Shown here: positions 11,463-21,699 of the stretch, in pieces
How the letters are laid out: each line of letters begins with the position of its first letter
How positions within the stretch are numbered: position 1 is the first letter of the stretch
Source: Spirochaetia bacterium
GTDB taxonomy: Bacteria > Spirochaetota > Spirochaetia > SZUA-6 > Bin103
Length of the DNA: 64,000 bases
Assembly: GCA_965203905.1 (NCBI GenBank)
Contig: CBDBDQ010000005.1
Location: 1,664,001-1,728,000, forward strand
Direction of reading: 5' to 3'
Notes under the pieces: model-generated
Told to the model about the DNA's origin: nothing
What the model saw: only the letters and a program-made list of their open reading frames with translations
Databases searched by the model: none
Translations under genes and position numbers: made by a program

Positions 11463-11744
11463 ATGAAGGCACAGAGTTCGATACTGCACGTCCGGATGGA
11501 CACCGAGATGAAGCGGAAGGCGACCACGGCGCTCGCGGCAGTGGGCCTGACGCCCTCGGAGGCCGTGCGGTTGCTCTTCCATCGCATCGCGGTCGATCAG
11601 GCCTTCCCGCTTGAACTCAAGGTGCCGAACGCGCAGACCCGTGCGGCCATGGCCGAGGTAGATGAGATGGTGAAGACGCGCAAGGCGCGATTCGCGAGCG
11701 CGGACGGGATGTTTGCGGACCTTGAAGAAGCCAGCCGCCAGTAA
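11463..11744 (+). CDS. dinJ: RelB/DinJ-family antitoxin
   Basis: LHVRMD.EMK..A...L..VGLT.SEAVRL...FPLELKVPNAQT.AAM; GGAGG RBS. Confidence 0.85.
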   Translation: MKAQSSILHVRMDTEMKRKATTALAAVGLTPSEAVRLLFHRIAVDQAFPLELKVPNAQTRAAMAEVDEMVKTRKARFASADGMFADLEEASRQ

Positions 11745-11760
11745 ACGGGCCGCCGAGTGA
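11722..11760 (+). pseudogene. YafQ-type toxin N-terminal stub
   Basis: Overlapping frame reads LKKPAASKRAAE then stop, resembling the start of YafQ-type partners of this DinJ subfamily. Very short, so weakly supported. Confidence 0.4.
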
Positions 11761-11834
11761 CTCGTGGCTGATCCGCCAAATGGGGGTCAACATGGTCGGC
11801 TTCCCGGTTCAGGCCGCGAAAAGCGGTGATGCGC

Positions 11835-12188
11835 CTACCGATTTGGTCCGACGCTGCTCGGCGGCGCAGTGTCGGCCTGGACGCGGCGGCGCTGCTCCTT
11901 TGCTTCCCGTTTGCGCGCCTTTTTTTCGGCATCACGGCGTGCGATCTCCTCGATCGAACGAACAACCTCGGGAGCGCCTCTGCCGAATCGTTTGCGGTAC
12001 AGGTGTTCGACGTATTGGCGCAGCGGCAGCTTCCACGGCTCCTGATCGTGGTTGTCCAAGCGCCCCAGCTTGCGCGGATTCATTCCCAGCTCGCGCGCCA
12101 TCTGCACCTGGGCGTGGGACAGGTGATGTCGCTTGCGTGCGTCGATCCACTCCTGCAGCTTCGGGCTCGGCCTTCGACTCCTGGTCAC
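11835..12188 (-). CDS. Conserved hypothetical protein
   Basis: EWIDARKRHHLSHAQVQMARELGMNPRKLGRLDNH.QEPWK.PL..Y.EHLY.KRF looks like a conserved small-protein family. Confidence 0.7.
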   Translation of the reverse strand: MTRSRRPSPKLQEWIDARKRHHLSHAQVQMARELGMNPRKLGRLDNHDQEPWKLPLRQYVEHLYRKRFGRGAPEVVRSIEEIARRDAEKKARKREAKEQRRRVQADTAPPSSVGPNR

Positions 12189-12323
12189 GGGCTCATCTCA
12201 CCGCTCGGCGTCGAAAGCGCCGGAGAGCGCGGCAGAAATGAGCACGCTCTCGGAGGCCGTGGCGAACGCCGCCGGGGCGGCGGGGAGCCGTTCGGATGAT
12301 AGGGGGCTGGCAGCGGGTTCAGG

Positions 12324-13166
12324 TCACAGCTCGGAGTCGTCATCGAACTCGTCGTCGAACGGGGCCGCGGCCATCATCATGGCGCTGCTGGCGGCGTCGG
12401 CAATCTCCGGGTCGTCGGAGTCGCTCAATTCGAGGAGTAGCGGTCTGGCCTCGTGCGGACGAATGTAGACCGCTGCTTCGACGGCAGCGAGCAGGAGCGC
12501 CTTGTCGGTGTCCTGCGCGGTAAGCAGGGCCGACACGTAGGGCCACGCGGCATCCACCTCCCAATTGCCGGCGGCGGCCACCGCGGCGCGCCGAATCTCG
12601 GCATCGGGATCGTCCAGCGCGGCGACGACTTCAGCATCGAACCCGCGCACGTAAGACATCGCGAACACTGCCGTCAGGCGCCAGTTTCGGTCCTTGCGGG
12701 AGTACGCCTCGCGGATCGCGTCCCGGTGCCATTCAGCCGGAGCGCGTACCGAGGCTTCCAGCACGTGACGCCGCACTTCCGGCGGAAGGTCGTCGTCCTG
12801 GTACCGGACACGCAGCGTCTCCTGGATCCGTCGGAAGGTGTGCTCGGAGATCGGCGGGGGACCCAATGTCTCTTCGTCGAGGCCCAGGAGGTCATCGTCG
12901 CTGTCCAGATCCATCTGCTCCAGGACCGGTCCGAGAGACAGCGCGGCCCGGCAGCGCAGCGGCTCGGATGCGGTGGGGTCGCCCACGAGGGACAGCAGGG
13001 CGGCGGCGAGTTGGTCGTCGATTGCCACGATCTCGCCGGCCAGTTCCGCGGCCAGGAGGCGGTCCGCTGCCGCCGCCTGCCGGTCGTCGAGAACCGCCAG
13101 CAGTGTGCCCCCGCCGTTCGGGGGCCATTCCCAGGGTGGGATGCGTGCAAGGAACTTCAGATCCAT
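12324..13166 (-). CDS. HEAT-repeat protein
   Basis: Repeated helical units (LRCRAALSLG, RLTAVFAM, DAEIRRAAVAAAG, DPEIADAA) and an acidic tail. Confidence 0.75.
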   Translation of the reverse strand: MDLKFLARIPPWEWPPNGGGTLLAVLDDRQAAAADRLLAAELAGEIVAIDDQLAAALLSLVGDPTASEPLRCRAALSLGPVLEQMDLDSDDDLLGLDEETLGPPPISEHTFRRIQETLRVRYQDDDLPPEVRRHVLEASVRAPAEWHRDAIREAYSRKDRNWRLTAVFAMSYVRGFDAEVVAALDDPDAEIRRAAVAAAGNWEVDAAWPYVSALLTAQDTDKALLLAAVEAAVYIRPHEARPLLLELSDSDDPEIADAASSAMMMAAAPFDDEFDDDSEL

Positions 13167-13176
13167 ACGGCGAGCC

Positions 13177-14202
13177 TCAGGATGTACCGATCGACAGGAG
13201 ATTGACCAGCGGCTCGTACAGCTCCTCGAGGGAGTCGACGTCTGCCGGGTCCAGGGTGAGGGCGGTGCCGGCGGCAAGGTCCTCGATCTGCGCCACCCGC
13301 GACACGCCGACCACGGGCGCGGCGACTCCCGGCTTGCCCAGCAGCCAGGCGATGCACACCTGGGCGCGCGAGGCGCCGTATTTGCGTGCTACCTCCGCGA
13401 CACGCTCGGCAATCTTGAAAGAGCGCGGGCTGCCGTACAGCCCTTCGGTGCGTTCCCGGTCCCGCCCGCGGGAGCGGTCGGTCGAACCCTGATCGAACCC
13501 GCCCCGGTAGGAGCCGGTCAGCACCCCGCGCGCCAGCGGCGACCAGGGGGTGAGGGCAACGTTGGTCTTGACGCAGTAGGGATTCATCTCCCGCTCTTCT
13601 TCCCGGTAGATCAGGTTGTAGTGGTTCTGCATGGCCACGAACCCGGTCCAGCCGTGCAGCCGGGTGGTGAGCTGCAGCTCCGCGAACTGCCAGGCGAACA
13701 TCGACGAGGCGCCCAGGTAGAGCGCCTTGCCCGCGCGCACCACGTCGTGCAGCGCCTCCAGCGTCTCCTCGATCGGCACCGCCGCCTGGCCGGGGACCGC
13801 ATGGGGATGGCGGTGGATCACCAGCACGTCGACGTAGTCGTGTCCCAGCCGGCGCAGACTGGCATCCACCCCCTCGATGATGTGCTTGCGCGACAGGCCG
13901 CCCTGATTGGCTCCTGGCCCCATCGGCATGGCGACCTTGGTCTGCAACACGTACTCGTCCCGCGGCAGCAGCTCCTTGAGGAGGCGGCCGACCACCGTTT
14001 CGCTGGCGCCTCGGCCGTAGGCGTCGGCACAGTCGAAATAGAACAGTCCGTGGTCGATCGCGCACCTGAATATCGGTCTGGCCTGATCCGTGTCGAGGGT
14101 CCAGTACCCCTGGGGCCCCTGGCCGGGCTGCCCAAAATTCATCGTGCCCAGGCACAACTGCGACACGCTCAGGCCGCTGCCAAGCGGAACACTCTTCAAC
14201 AT
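13177..14202 (-). CDS. Aldo/keto reductase
   Basis: SQLCLGTMNFG, FDCADAYG.G.SE, QTKV, SLRRLG.DYVD, QNHYNL, PWSPLARG. Confidence 0.95.
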   Translation of the reverse strand: MLKSVPLGSGLSVSQLCLGTMNFGQPGQGPQGYWTLDTDQARPIFRCAIDHGLFYFDCADAYGRGASETVVGRLLKELLPRDEYVLQTKVAMPMGPGANQGGLSRKHIIEGVDASLRRLGHDYVDVLVIHRHPHAVPGQAAVPIEETLEALHDVVRAGKALYLGASSMFAWQFAELQLTTRLHGWTGFVAMQNHYNLIYREEEREMNPYCVKTNVALTPWSPLARGVLTGSYRGGFDQGSTDRSRGRDRERTEGLYGSPRSFKIAERVAEVARKYGASRAQVCIAWLLGKPGVAAPVVGVSRVAQIEDLAAGTALTLDPADVDSLEELYEPLVNLLSIGTS

Positions 14203-14218
14203 CGTCCTCCGTCCTCCA

Positions 14219-14719
14219 TCAGCCGGCAGGGTCGCCGGCGGCGCCCGGCTCGACCTTGAGATCCGCCACCCGGGCCCCGCTCACGTCGCGCAGGCGGGCC
14301 GGCTCGATCGGGAACACGCTGAACGGGCTCCCCCCGGCCGCCCACACCTCCGCGAAGCGGAACAGGTCGGCATCCATGAACACGGCGACTGGCGTGGCAT
14401 ATCCCAGGGGAGGGACGCCGCCGATGGCAAACCCCGTAGTCGCGCGCACGAAGTCCGCGTCGGCGCGGCCCACCTCCGCGCCGAGCACCGCGGAAAGCTT
14501 GCCGGGATCGAGGCGGTTGTCGCCGCTCATGATGGCGATCACCGCGCGGTCGCCGGCCCGAAACACGAGCGTCTTGGCGATCTCGGCCACCGCGCACCCC
14601 ACCGCCGCCGCGGCCTCCACCGCGGTGCGGGTCGAGTCCGGCAAGGTGTGGATCCTGCATTCCAGCCCGGCCGCCTTGAGAGCGGCCCGTACGCGGTCGG
14701 GTCCTTTCATTCTCGCCAT
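14219..14719 (-). CDS. YbaK/EbsC family aminoacyl-tRNA deacylase
   Basis: TRTAVEAA..VG...EIAKTLVF, TGFAIGGVPPLG, WAAGG. Confidence 0.92.
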   Translation of the reverse strand: MARMKGPDRVRAALKAAGLECRIHTLPDSTRTAVEAAAAVGCAVAEIAKTLVFRAGDRAVIAIMSGDNRLDPGKLSAVLGAEVGRADADFVRATTGFAIGGVPPLGYATPVAVFMDADLFRFAEVWAAGGSPFSVFPIEPARLRDVSGARVADLKVEPGAAGDPAG

Positions 14720-14776
14720 GGGTACGGTGGATTCTACCACCACTCACCGCGGCTACTGGTACTATCGTTAGGACCG

Positions 14777-15586
14777 ATGGACGACCTGACCGACATACGC
14801 GAGATGTACAACGCCGCCTGGGACGTGGAGACATCCAGACTAGATCGGCATCAGCTCGAGGCTGACATCACCTGGCGCTACCTGGACCGCTACCTGCCAC
14901 CGGACGGTCATATCCTCGATATCGGATGCGGCACCGGAGCCTACACCTTTTCATTGGCGGAGCGCGGCTACCGGATCACCGCCGTCGACCTTGCCGAGGA
15001 GCTCGTTGCCCGTTGCCAGGCGATGACCGATGAGGCGGGCGTAAATCGAATCGACTTCCGGGTCGGCGATGCACGCAGTCTGGAAGGTATCCGCCGTGGC
15101 GAGTTCGACGCGGTCCTGCTCATGGGTCCGCTCTACCATCTTGTGATCGAAGCCGACCGTACGGCGGCTCTGACGGCAGCCCGGGAATGCCTGAGACCGG
15201 GGGGAGTGATCTTCTCCGCGCTGATTTCGAGATTCGGAATCCTGGGCGACCTCATCAAGAAAAACCCCGCGTGGATCGAAGACCAGGAGTGGGTGCGGTC
15301 GACCATGGAGATCGGTCATCGGCCGGATGACGCCCCCAGGGGCGGCTTCCGAGGATACTTTGTGCGACCGGAAGAGATCGCCCCCATGCATGAGGCCGTG
15401 GGATTCCGAACGCTGCAGATCGCCGGTGTCGAGCCGGCCATCTCTGCCGACGACGAGAGCTACAATGCCCTCGACGGGAAGCAAAGAGAGCTGTGGCTGA
15501 ATCTCCTTTTCGAAGTGAGCACGGAGCGAAGCATGGTGGCATCATCTCGACACCTGCTCTACGTCGGTCGCAGAGAGGATGGCTGA
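14777..15586 (+). CDS. Class I SAM-dependent methyltransferase
   Basis: ILDIGCGTG, VGDAR, FDAVLLMGPLYHL, LRPGG. Confidence 0.92.
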   Translation: MDDLTDIREMYNAAWDVETSRLDRHQLEADITWRYLDRYLPPDGHILDIGCGTGAYTFSLAERGYRITAVDLAEELVARCQAMTDEAGVNRIDFRVGDARSLEGIRRGEFDAVLLMGPLYHLVIEADRTAALTAARECLRPGGVIFSALISRFGILGDLIKKNPAWIEDQEWVRSTMEIGHRPDDAPRGGFRGYFVRPEEIAPMHEAVGFRTLQIAGVEPAISADDESYNALDGKQRELWLNLLFEVSTERSMVASSRHLLYVGRREDG

Positions 15587-16955
15587 CCCCTCCCCGCCGC
15601 GAATGACGGCGACGACTACGGTGCGGCTGCCCTGCCTGCCGCTGTTGTGGCGCTACCACGTGCGCCCGGGGCTGCGCGACCTGCGGCGCTCCTTCGAGCC
15701 GCGCATGCTGGTCACCCTGGTGCCGCTGGCGCTGCTGCTCTGGCTCGCCTACGCGGGGTACTTCCTGGCGGTGTACGGCGGGCAGATCGCGCTGCCGTTG
15801 GCCGCGCTGCGCTGGAGCCTGCCGGGCTCCTTCGCGGTGGCGTTCGCTCTGCGCACGCGGAGGCCGCGGTCGGCGGTGATGTTCCACGCCACCACGCCGG
15901 CGGACCTCGCCACCAGCCTGCGGCTGCAGGCGCTGGCGAACGGCGGCGCGCCGCTGGCGTACGCCGTCTTGTTCCTGGCCGGTGCGGTGCCGGGGGTGCT
16001 GCACGCACATCCGCCGCCCGCGGCCGCGCGCTATCTCGCCGCCGACGCCTCCATGCTGGCGCTGATCGTCTCGAACCTGTCGCTGGCGCCGGTGCTGGCC
16101 GGCCTGCGCTCGCGCGCGCGGCTGGCCTGGGCGGGCGTGGTGCTGGCCTTCCTCGGGGCGGAGGCCGCGGCGAGCCTGCGCTGGGAGGCGGCCAACCTGG
16201 TGGTCGTGGCCGTGAACGTGGTGGTCCTGGCCGCGTTCTGGGGCTACGGGGCGCGCACCTGGAATCCGGTAACCCTGTACGGTGCCGTCGTCCGCCGCCT
16301 CGCCCGCTCACAGCGCCAGGCGCTGGCTGCCCGCGTCACCCGCCGCATGCCGATCGAGGTTGCGGTCTACTCCCGCGAGTTCCTGCTCACCCCGGAGGGC
16401 TTGGTCACCTGCGCAGCCGGGTACGGCTTTGCCATCGCGGCGGCGGCCGATCTCTCCGCCAGCATGCCGGCCTCGGGAGTGCCTGCGAACCTGATCTTCG
16501 CGTACCTGGCGACGGCCGCGGCCTCCGGGGTGTATCTGACCGGCCTGCGTGGCCTCCCCATCGCCTTCTACAAGCTCACGCCGGTCTCCTTTGCGCGCCT
16601 GACCGCGTTCCTGGTGCTGCCGCACCTGGCCGTGTTGGCGCCTATCACCCTGGCGGCGCTGGCCCTGGAGCTGGCAGCGGGCGGCGCGCCGGCGACGCTC
16701 GGCCTGTTGCCGCTGCAGATGGCCATGCTGCCGCTGCTGGCGTGGCTGGTCGCCGTGCGCCACCTGCACCGCGTCCTGCTGCCGACCCTGTTCTATGCGC
16801 TGCTGGCGGTGAGCGGGCTGGTTGCCGCGGTGGTCAGGCCGCTGTTGTTCGTGGGCCTGGGCGCGGCCGTTCTGGTATTCCTGTACCGCGGCGCCTCCGC
16901 CCGCTACCTGGCGGCCACGGCGGACGAGTGGCCGGAGCCCGATGATCCAGTTTGA
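15579..16955 (+). CDS. Multi-pass membrane protein, probable ABC exporter permease
   Basis: Many hydrophobic helices; overlaps the start of the downstream ABC ATPase. Confidence 0.7.
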   Translation: MADPSPPRMTATTTVRLPCLPLLWRYHVRPGLRDLRRSFEPRMLVTLVPLALLLWLAYAGYFLAVYGGQIALPLAALRWSLPGSFAVAFALRTRRPRSAVMFHATTPADLATSLRLQALANGGAPLAYAVLFLAGAVPGVLHAHPPPAAARYLAADASMLALIVSNLSLAPVLAGLRSRARLAWAGVVLAFLGAEAAASLRWEAANLVVVAVNVVVLAAFWGYGARTWNPVTLYGAVVRRLARSQRQALAARVTRRMPIEVAVYSREFLLTPEGLVTCAAGYGFAIAAAADLSASMPASGVPANLIFAYLATAAASGVYLTGLRGLPIAFYKLTPVSFARLTAFLVLPHLAVLAPITLAALALELAAGGAPATLGLLPLQMAMLPLLAWLVAVRHLHRVLLPTLFYALLAVSGLVAAVVRPLLFVGLGAAVLVFLYRGASARYLAATADEWPEPDDPV

Positions 16956-17658
16956 CCGCGTCACCAAGATCTACGCCGCCAGCGACCGCGGGGTGACCGA
17001 TCTTGACTTCCACCTGAGCCCAGGCGTGACCGGCTTCCTGGGGCGCAACGGCTCCGGCAAGACCACCACCATGCGGCTGCTGGTCGGGCTGCTGATGCCC
17101 GACCGCGGGCGCGTCCTGATCGACGGCAAGGACCTGTGGCAGTACCCGCACGTGCTGGAGCTGAAGCGCTGCCTGGGGTTCCTGCCCAATGAGCACTACT
17201 TCTTCGCCAAGCTCAGCGGGCGCGAGAACCTCGAATACCTGAGCCTGCTCAAGACCGGCGAGCGGGACGCCTGGGGTGCCCTGGAGACCATCGCCGCAAG
17301 CCTCGGCATGGAGGAGCCGCTGGGGCGGCCGTTCGCCGACTACTCCACCGGCATGCGCAAGAAGGTGCAGCTCCTGGGTGCGCTGATCGGCGATCCGGCG
17401 GTGCTGGTGCTGGACGAGCCGATGAGCGGCCTCGACGTGCTGGCCAACATCGTGCTTCGCCGCCTGCTGCTGGAGCTGCGCGAGCGCGGCAAGACGCTGT
17501 TCGTGAGCAGCCACCTGGCGGAGGTGTTCGACGGCATGGCGGACCGGCTGCTGATCATCGAAGATGGCCGCATCGTGCGCGCCGAGAGCGCGCCGTTTCC
17601 CGGCAACGTCGTAGACCTGTACCTGGAGGCACTCGACTCGCCGGAATCGGGCGCGTAA
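16942..17658 (+). CDS. ABC transporter ATP-binding protein
   Basis: GRNGSGKTT, YSTGM signature, VLDEP, SSH. Confidence 0.93.
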   Translation: MIQFDRVTKIYAASDRGVTDLDFHLSPGVTGFLGRNGSGKTTTMRLLVGLLMPDRGRVLIDGKDLWQYPHVLELKRCLGFLPNEHYFFAKLSGRENLEYLSLLKTGERDAWGALETIAASLGMEEPLGRPFADYSTGMRKKVQLLGALIGDPAVLVLDEPMSGLDVLANIVLRRLLLELRERGKTLFVSSHLAEVFDGMADRLLIIEDGRIVRAESAPFPGNVVDLYLEALDSPESGA

Positions 17659-17739
17659 CGGGGTGAGGATCCCTCGGGCCCGCCCTCGGGCCCGATGCTG
17701 GTTTGCCGGCTCAGGGTTGCGCTGCTATAGTCGTCGGCT

Positions 17740-18765
17740 ATGGCACAGGCTGACTTGGCCGATCTGACCGGCAGAGACGAGCGCGGCAACTGGAAGCCGG
17801 TGGAGCGGATCGAGATGCCGGCCCACCTGCGCTGGCCGTTGCAGCCGGCGGCGCTGCTCAAGTGGCTGTTCGGGTTCCCCGGCTACCTGTGGCCGTTCCA
17901 CGCCATCTGGTTCGGGTTCGCCTGTCTCTCCTGGTTCCTGCTCACCCCGCCGCTGGAGACCATGGCCCGCCTGGCCCCCGGCTGGATGGCCGTGATCTTC
18001 CTGCGCAACCTCGCGTTGCTGCTGGTCTGGTTCGGTTTCTGGCACGTGCGCCTGCACCTGCAGCGCGCCCAGGGCATGCGCTACAAGTACAACGACCGCT
18101 GGCTGAGCACCGGCAATCGCAAGTTCCTGTTTCGCAACCAGACGCGCGACAACATGTTCTGGAGCGTGGTGAGCGGCGGCGGCATCTGGTCGGCGTACGA
18201 GGTCGTGACCCTGTGGGCCTACGCCAACGGCCTGCTGCCGTGGTTGGCGCTGCGCTCCAACCCGGTGTTCTTCGTGCTGCTGTTGCTGGCGATACCGCTG
18301 ATCCGCGACCTCCACTTCTACGCCATGCACCGGCTGCTGCACTGGAAGCCGCTGTACCGGGCCGCCCACTACGTGCATCACAAGAACGTAAACGTCGGCC
18401 CCTGGTCCGGCCTCGCGATGCACCCGATCGAGCACCTGCTGTACTTCAGCGGCGTGCTGCTGCACTGGGTGCTGCCGTCCCATCCGCTGCACGCGCTGTT
18501 CCACCTGCAGCACGCCGCGTTCAGCCCCGCCGCCGGCCACAGCGGCTTCGAGGCGACCGAGTTCGGCCACCAGTCGGCGCCCCTGGCCCACGGCAGCTAC
18601 TTCCACTACCTGCACCACCGCTACTTCGAGTGCAACTACGCCGGCGACAACGCCATGGTGCTGGACCGCTTCTTCGGCAGCCTGCACAACGGCACTCCCG
18701 AGGCGCACGCCCGGATGCGGTCCCGCGCCCACGCCCGCATGCGCACCCGCAAGGCGGCCGCCTAA
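17740..18765 (+). CDS. Sterol desaturase / fatty acid hydroxylase family protein
   Basis: His boxes HFYAMHRLLH, HYVHH, GH, HYLHHRYF; TM segments. Confidence 0.9.
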   Translation: MAQADLADLTGRDERGNWKPVERIEMPAHLRWPLQPAALLKWLFGFPGYLWPFHAIWFGFACLSWFLLTPPLETMARLAPGWMAVIFLRNLALLLVWFGFWHVRLHLQRAQGMRYKYNDRWLSTGNRKFLFRNQTRDNMFWSVVSGGGIWSAYEVVTLWAYANGLLPWLALRSNPVFFVLLLLAIPLIRDLHFYAMHRLLHWKPLYRAAHYVHHKNVNVGPWSGLAMHPIEHLLYFSGVLLHWVLPSHPLHALFHLQHAAFSPAAGHSGFEATEFGHQSAPLAHGSYFHYLHHRYFECNYAGDNAMVLDRFFGSLHNGTPEAHARMRSRAHARMRTRKAAA

Positions 18766-18836
18766 CCGTACGCCCCGGAACCGCCGCCAGCCGGCGCCGG
18801 TCACAATCCGACAGACTCGCGGCGCCCGCGCGCGGC

Positions 18837-19346
18837 CTACTCGCCCCAGGAATCGAAGGGATTGTGCGCCGTGTCCAGCGGCAGGCTGACGCGCGCGCCG
18901 GCCATGTGCGAGGCGTGCGCGGCCAGCGCCCACTCCACGTGGCGCCGGGCTACCCTCCCCTCCAGCAACTCGTACTCGGGCTCGCGTTCCTCGATGCGGT
19001 CGATCAGCGCCCGGGCCATGCGGTCGACCTCGGCCGGGGTGGCGGCGATCGGCTTCTCCAGGTAGACGTGGGTCGCGAACTCGCCGGCGGTGGTGACCAG
19101 CTCGCAATGGTCGCCGATCTCACGCGAGGCGAACACGGTGATGTCGGGCCGTTCCCGCTCCAGCATCTCCCGGTAGTCGGCGTAGCCCACCGCGGCGCCG
19201 GTCCTGGCCTGCACGGCGCCGCGTCCGGCGGCGTCCGGATCGGCCACGGCGACGATCCGTGCGCCGTCCACGCCGACGAACGCCATGTCCAGGAAGTGAC
19301 CGTAGTTGCCGCGACCGGTGTGACCGACGATTGCGACTCGCTGCAT
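18837..19346 (-). pseudogene. Gfo/Idh/MocA oxidoreductase, internally deleted
   Basis: Rossmann N-terminus through EKP is joined almost directly to a C-terminal helix. It is 169 aa, against 335 aa for the adjacent paralog. Confidence 0.6.
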
Positions 19347-19365
19347 GCTGATCCCGCCTCCTGCG

Positions 19366-20373
19366 TTACAGCGTCACCACGCTGCCACTCGCGGCCGACT
19401 CGTACACCGCGTCGATCACCCTCATCTGATCGACGCTGTTCTGCGCTGGGATGCGCGGTTCGGCGCTGCCGTCGAGGACCTCGCACAGGTGCTCCAACTG
19501 CAGTTGGAACTGATGCACCGGTTCGAAGTGGAACCGTTCGCTGTGCCCGGCGGTCGCGCACTCCAGCCATACCGGCCGGTTCTCGTTGTTCCAGGCGCGG
19601 TCGCTCCTCAGGCTTCCGCTGGTGCCCAGAATCTCGATCTCCTGGCTGTAGCAGGTGTCGAACGCCACGCTCACCTGCGCCACTCGTCCGCCGGGGAACA
19701 GCAGCTGGATGTGCGTGGCGTCGTCCACCTCGATGCCGCTCCGGGCGCTGGCGAACACGCTGACCGGCTCCGCGCCGAAAATCCAGCGCGCGTGGTGGAC
19801 GTTGTAGCAACCCAGATCGTAGACGCTGCCGCCGCCGCGCCCGCGGTTGTACCTCCAGTTCGACTCCGGCGTACGCGCGACCCGTGCGCGTCCGGTACAG
19901 AAGGTGCTGCGCACGACCCGCGGCTCGCCGATGCGGCCGGCGTCGATCAGCGCCCGCGCCTTGAGGTGCAGGGGGTGGTGGCGGAACTTGAACGCCTCGA
20001 CGATCAGTACGCCGCCGGCGCGCGCCGCGGCGACCAGGCGCTCCGCTTCGCGCGCGGTCTGGGTGAACGGTTTCTCGCACAGGATGGCGCGCACCTTCCC
20101 GGAGCGGGCCAGCCGCTCGCCGACCGCGGCGTGGTGCGCTCCCCAGGTACAGATGACGGCGATGTCGATACTCTCGCGCGCCAGCATCCGGTCCAGGTCG
20201 AGGTAGGTGGCGGGGACTTCAGGAGAGCGTTCCCGGTAGCGGTCGAGCGCGGCCTGGGATACGTCGCACACGGCCACCAGGTCGGCCCGCCCGGTGAGTG
20301 CACAGGCCCTGGTGTGGGTTCCCGCGATGCCGCCGGCTCCCACCAGCGCCACGCGATAGATCGAGTTGGACAT
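19366..20373 (-). CDS. Gfo/Idh/MocA oxidoreductase
   Basis: VALVGAGGIA, LCEKPF, GGGSVYDLGCY. Confidence 0.93.
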   Translation of the reverse strand: MSNSIYRVALVGAGGIAGTHTRACALTGRADLVAVCDVSQAALDRYRERSPEVPATYLDLDRMLARESIDIAVICTWGAHHAAVGERLARSGKVRAILCEKPFTQTAREAERLVAAARAGGVLIVEAFKFRHHPLHLKARALIDAGRIGEPRVVRSTFCTGRARVARTPESNWRYNRGRGGGSVYDLGCYNVHHARWIFGAEPVSVFASARSGIEVDDATHIQLLFPGGRVAQVSVAFDTCYSQEIEILGTSGSLRSDRAWNNENRPVWLECATAGHSERFHFEPVHQFQLQLEHLCEVLDGSAEPRIPAQNSVDQMRVIDAVYESAASGSVVTL

Positions 20374-20547
20374 CGCTCGCCGAATCTTCTGGGTAGCATA
20401 AGTGGCGCGGGCAGCGCCGGCAAGCGCCCGGACGGTCCGGGACGGTCCAGTGGATGGACTGCGCTCCCTTGCTGCGAGCGGCCTTATCGTGCAAACTACA
20501 CAACTCGTACGGATTGCTGACCGTGATCGCGAACGAGGGGCCGCGGG

Positions 20548-21525
20548 ATGACTGGCAACAGCAGTACACTATCCACGTTGCAAAGAAACCGGTCGGCATA
20601 CCGTGGATTCCTCAGCCGCCGCACAAGCGTTTTGACGGCAGCCGTGTGCGTCGTCATTGTGGTCGCGTTCACGGTGGGCGGATCCCCCGCGCCGGGGGCA
20701 GTCGGCATCCCGCCGTTGCTGCGATTGGCGTACTACGCGCTGTGCGCCGGCATCGGTAGTGCGGTCTGCTACTCCTCGATTGTCGCAGCGCTGTACCTGA
20801 CTCGCAATCGAACACCGTTCCACAACACGGTTGCCATTGCCGGAGCGATGCTGGTCGCGGCCGTGCCCTGCACGGCGATTGCGCACGGCGCGCAGTTTCA
20901 CATGTTTTCCGTTCGCACCGATCTTGCCGAGCTGTACTTCACCGTCGTAGCTCATGGATTGCCGATCGCCTTGCTCGTCTACTACGTTGCGTACCAGCTG
21001 GCGTCACCCTCTGCTCCCGCCACTGCTACGCCTCCCGAGGAGGCCCCTCATCGGGATACCGGCCGCGAGCAGGCTGGCGCGGACGCCCACATCGATCAGC
21101 CACCGCGCGGCGCTGCACACTCCGATCAGCAAGCACGCTTTTTCAGGCGGCTAGCGCAGAGGCCGGACGGCGATGTCGTCTATCTGAAGACGCGCGGGCA
21201 CTATCTCGATATCTACACCACTACCGGCTCATGCTCGGCTCTGATGCGCTTCGCGGACGCCATCGACGATCTCGACGCCATCGGGCTGCGAGTACATCGC
21301 GGTTACTGGGTAGCTCACTCCCACGTGACAGGCCTGGCGAGACACGGCCAAAGGCGGTATCTGCAACTTACCGACGGCTCGGAGATACCGATCAGTCGCA
21401 CCTACCTGTCGGCAGTTCAGGCTGCGTTTCCGAACCTGTTTGGTCGAAACAGAGGCTCTCGCGCACAAGACTCGCCTGCAGTCGACCGTCCTGCGGCCCC
21501 GGCACCGGCATCACGCACTGAGTGA
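20548..21525 (+). CDS. Membrane-anchored LytTR DNA-binding protein
   Basis: About four N-terminal TM helices; C-terminal LytTR domain (GHYL.IYT, RVHRGYWVA, IPISRTY). Confidence 0.85.
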   Translation: MTGNSSTLSTLQRNRSAYRGFLSRRTSVLTAAVCVVIVVAFTVGGSPAPGAVGIPPLLRLAYYALCAGIGSAVCYSSIVAALYLTRNRTPFHNTVAIAGAMLVAAVPCTAIAHGAQFHMFSVRTDLAELYFTVVAHGLPIALLVYYVAYQLASPSAPATATPPEEAPHRDTGREQAGADAHIDQPPRGAAHSDQQARFFRRLAQRPDGDVVYLKTRGHYLDIYTTTGSCSALMRFADAIDDLDAIGLRVHRGYWVAHSHVTGLARHGQRRYLQLTDGSEIPISRTYLSAVQAAFPNLFGRNRGSRAQDSPAVDRPAAPAPASRTE

Positions 21526-21699
21526 GCATTCGGAACCGGCGCCGATTTCACGGAGCAAGTCGAGCGCGCGGGAGTCAGCGCCCGGCCGGCGCGCTACAAT
21601 CGTAGGAGTTGGCGCCGTGCCCGCGTCCGAACGCGCTCGCGGCGAGCGATTGAACCACCGGTGGCCACGTGCCATCCTGGAGCCCGAGGTCACGCCATC

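Noticed and set aside
14090-15586. 498-aa ORF suggesting an extended methyltransferase
   Set aside because: The N-terminal half is antisense to ybaK; the methyltransferase starts at 14777.
17671-17694. CCCTCGGGCCCG tandem duplication
   Set aside because: Only two copies in an intergenic gap; no function can be supported.
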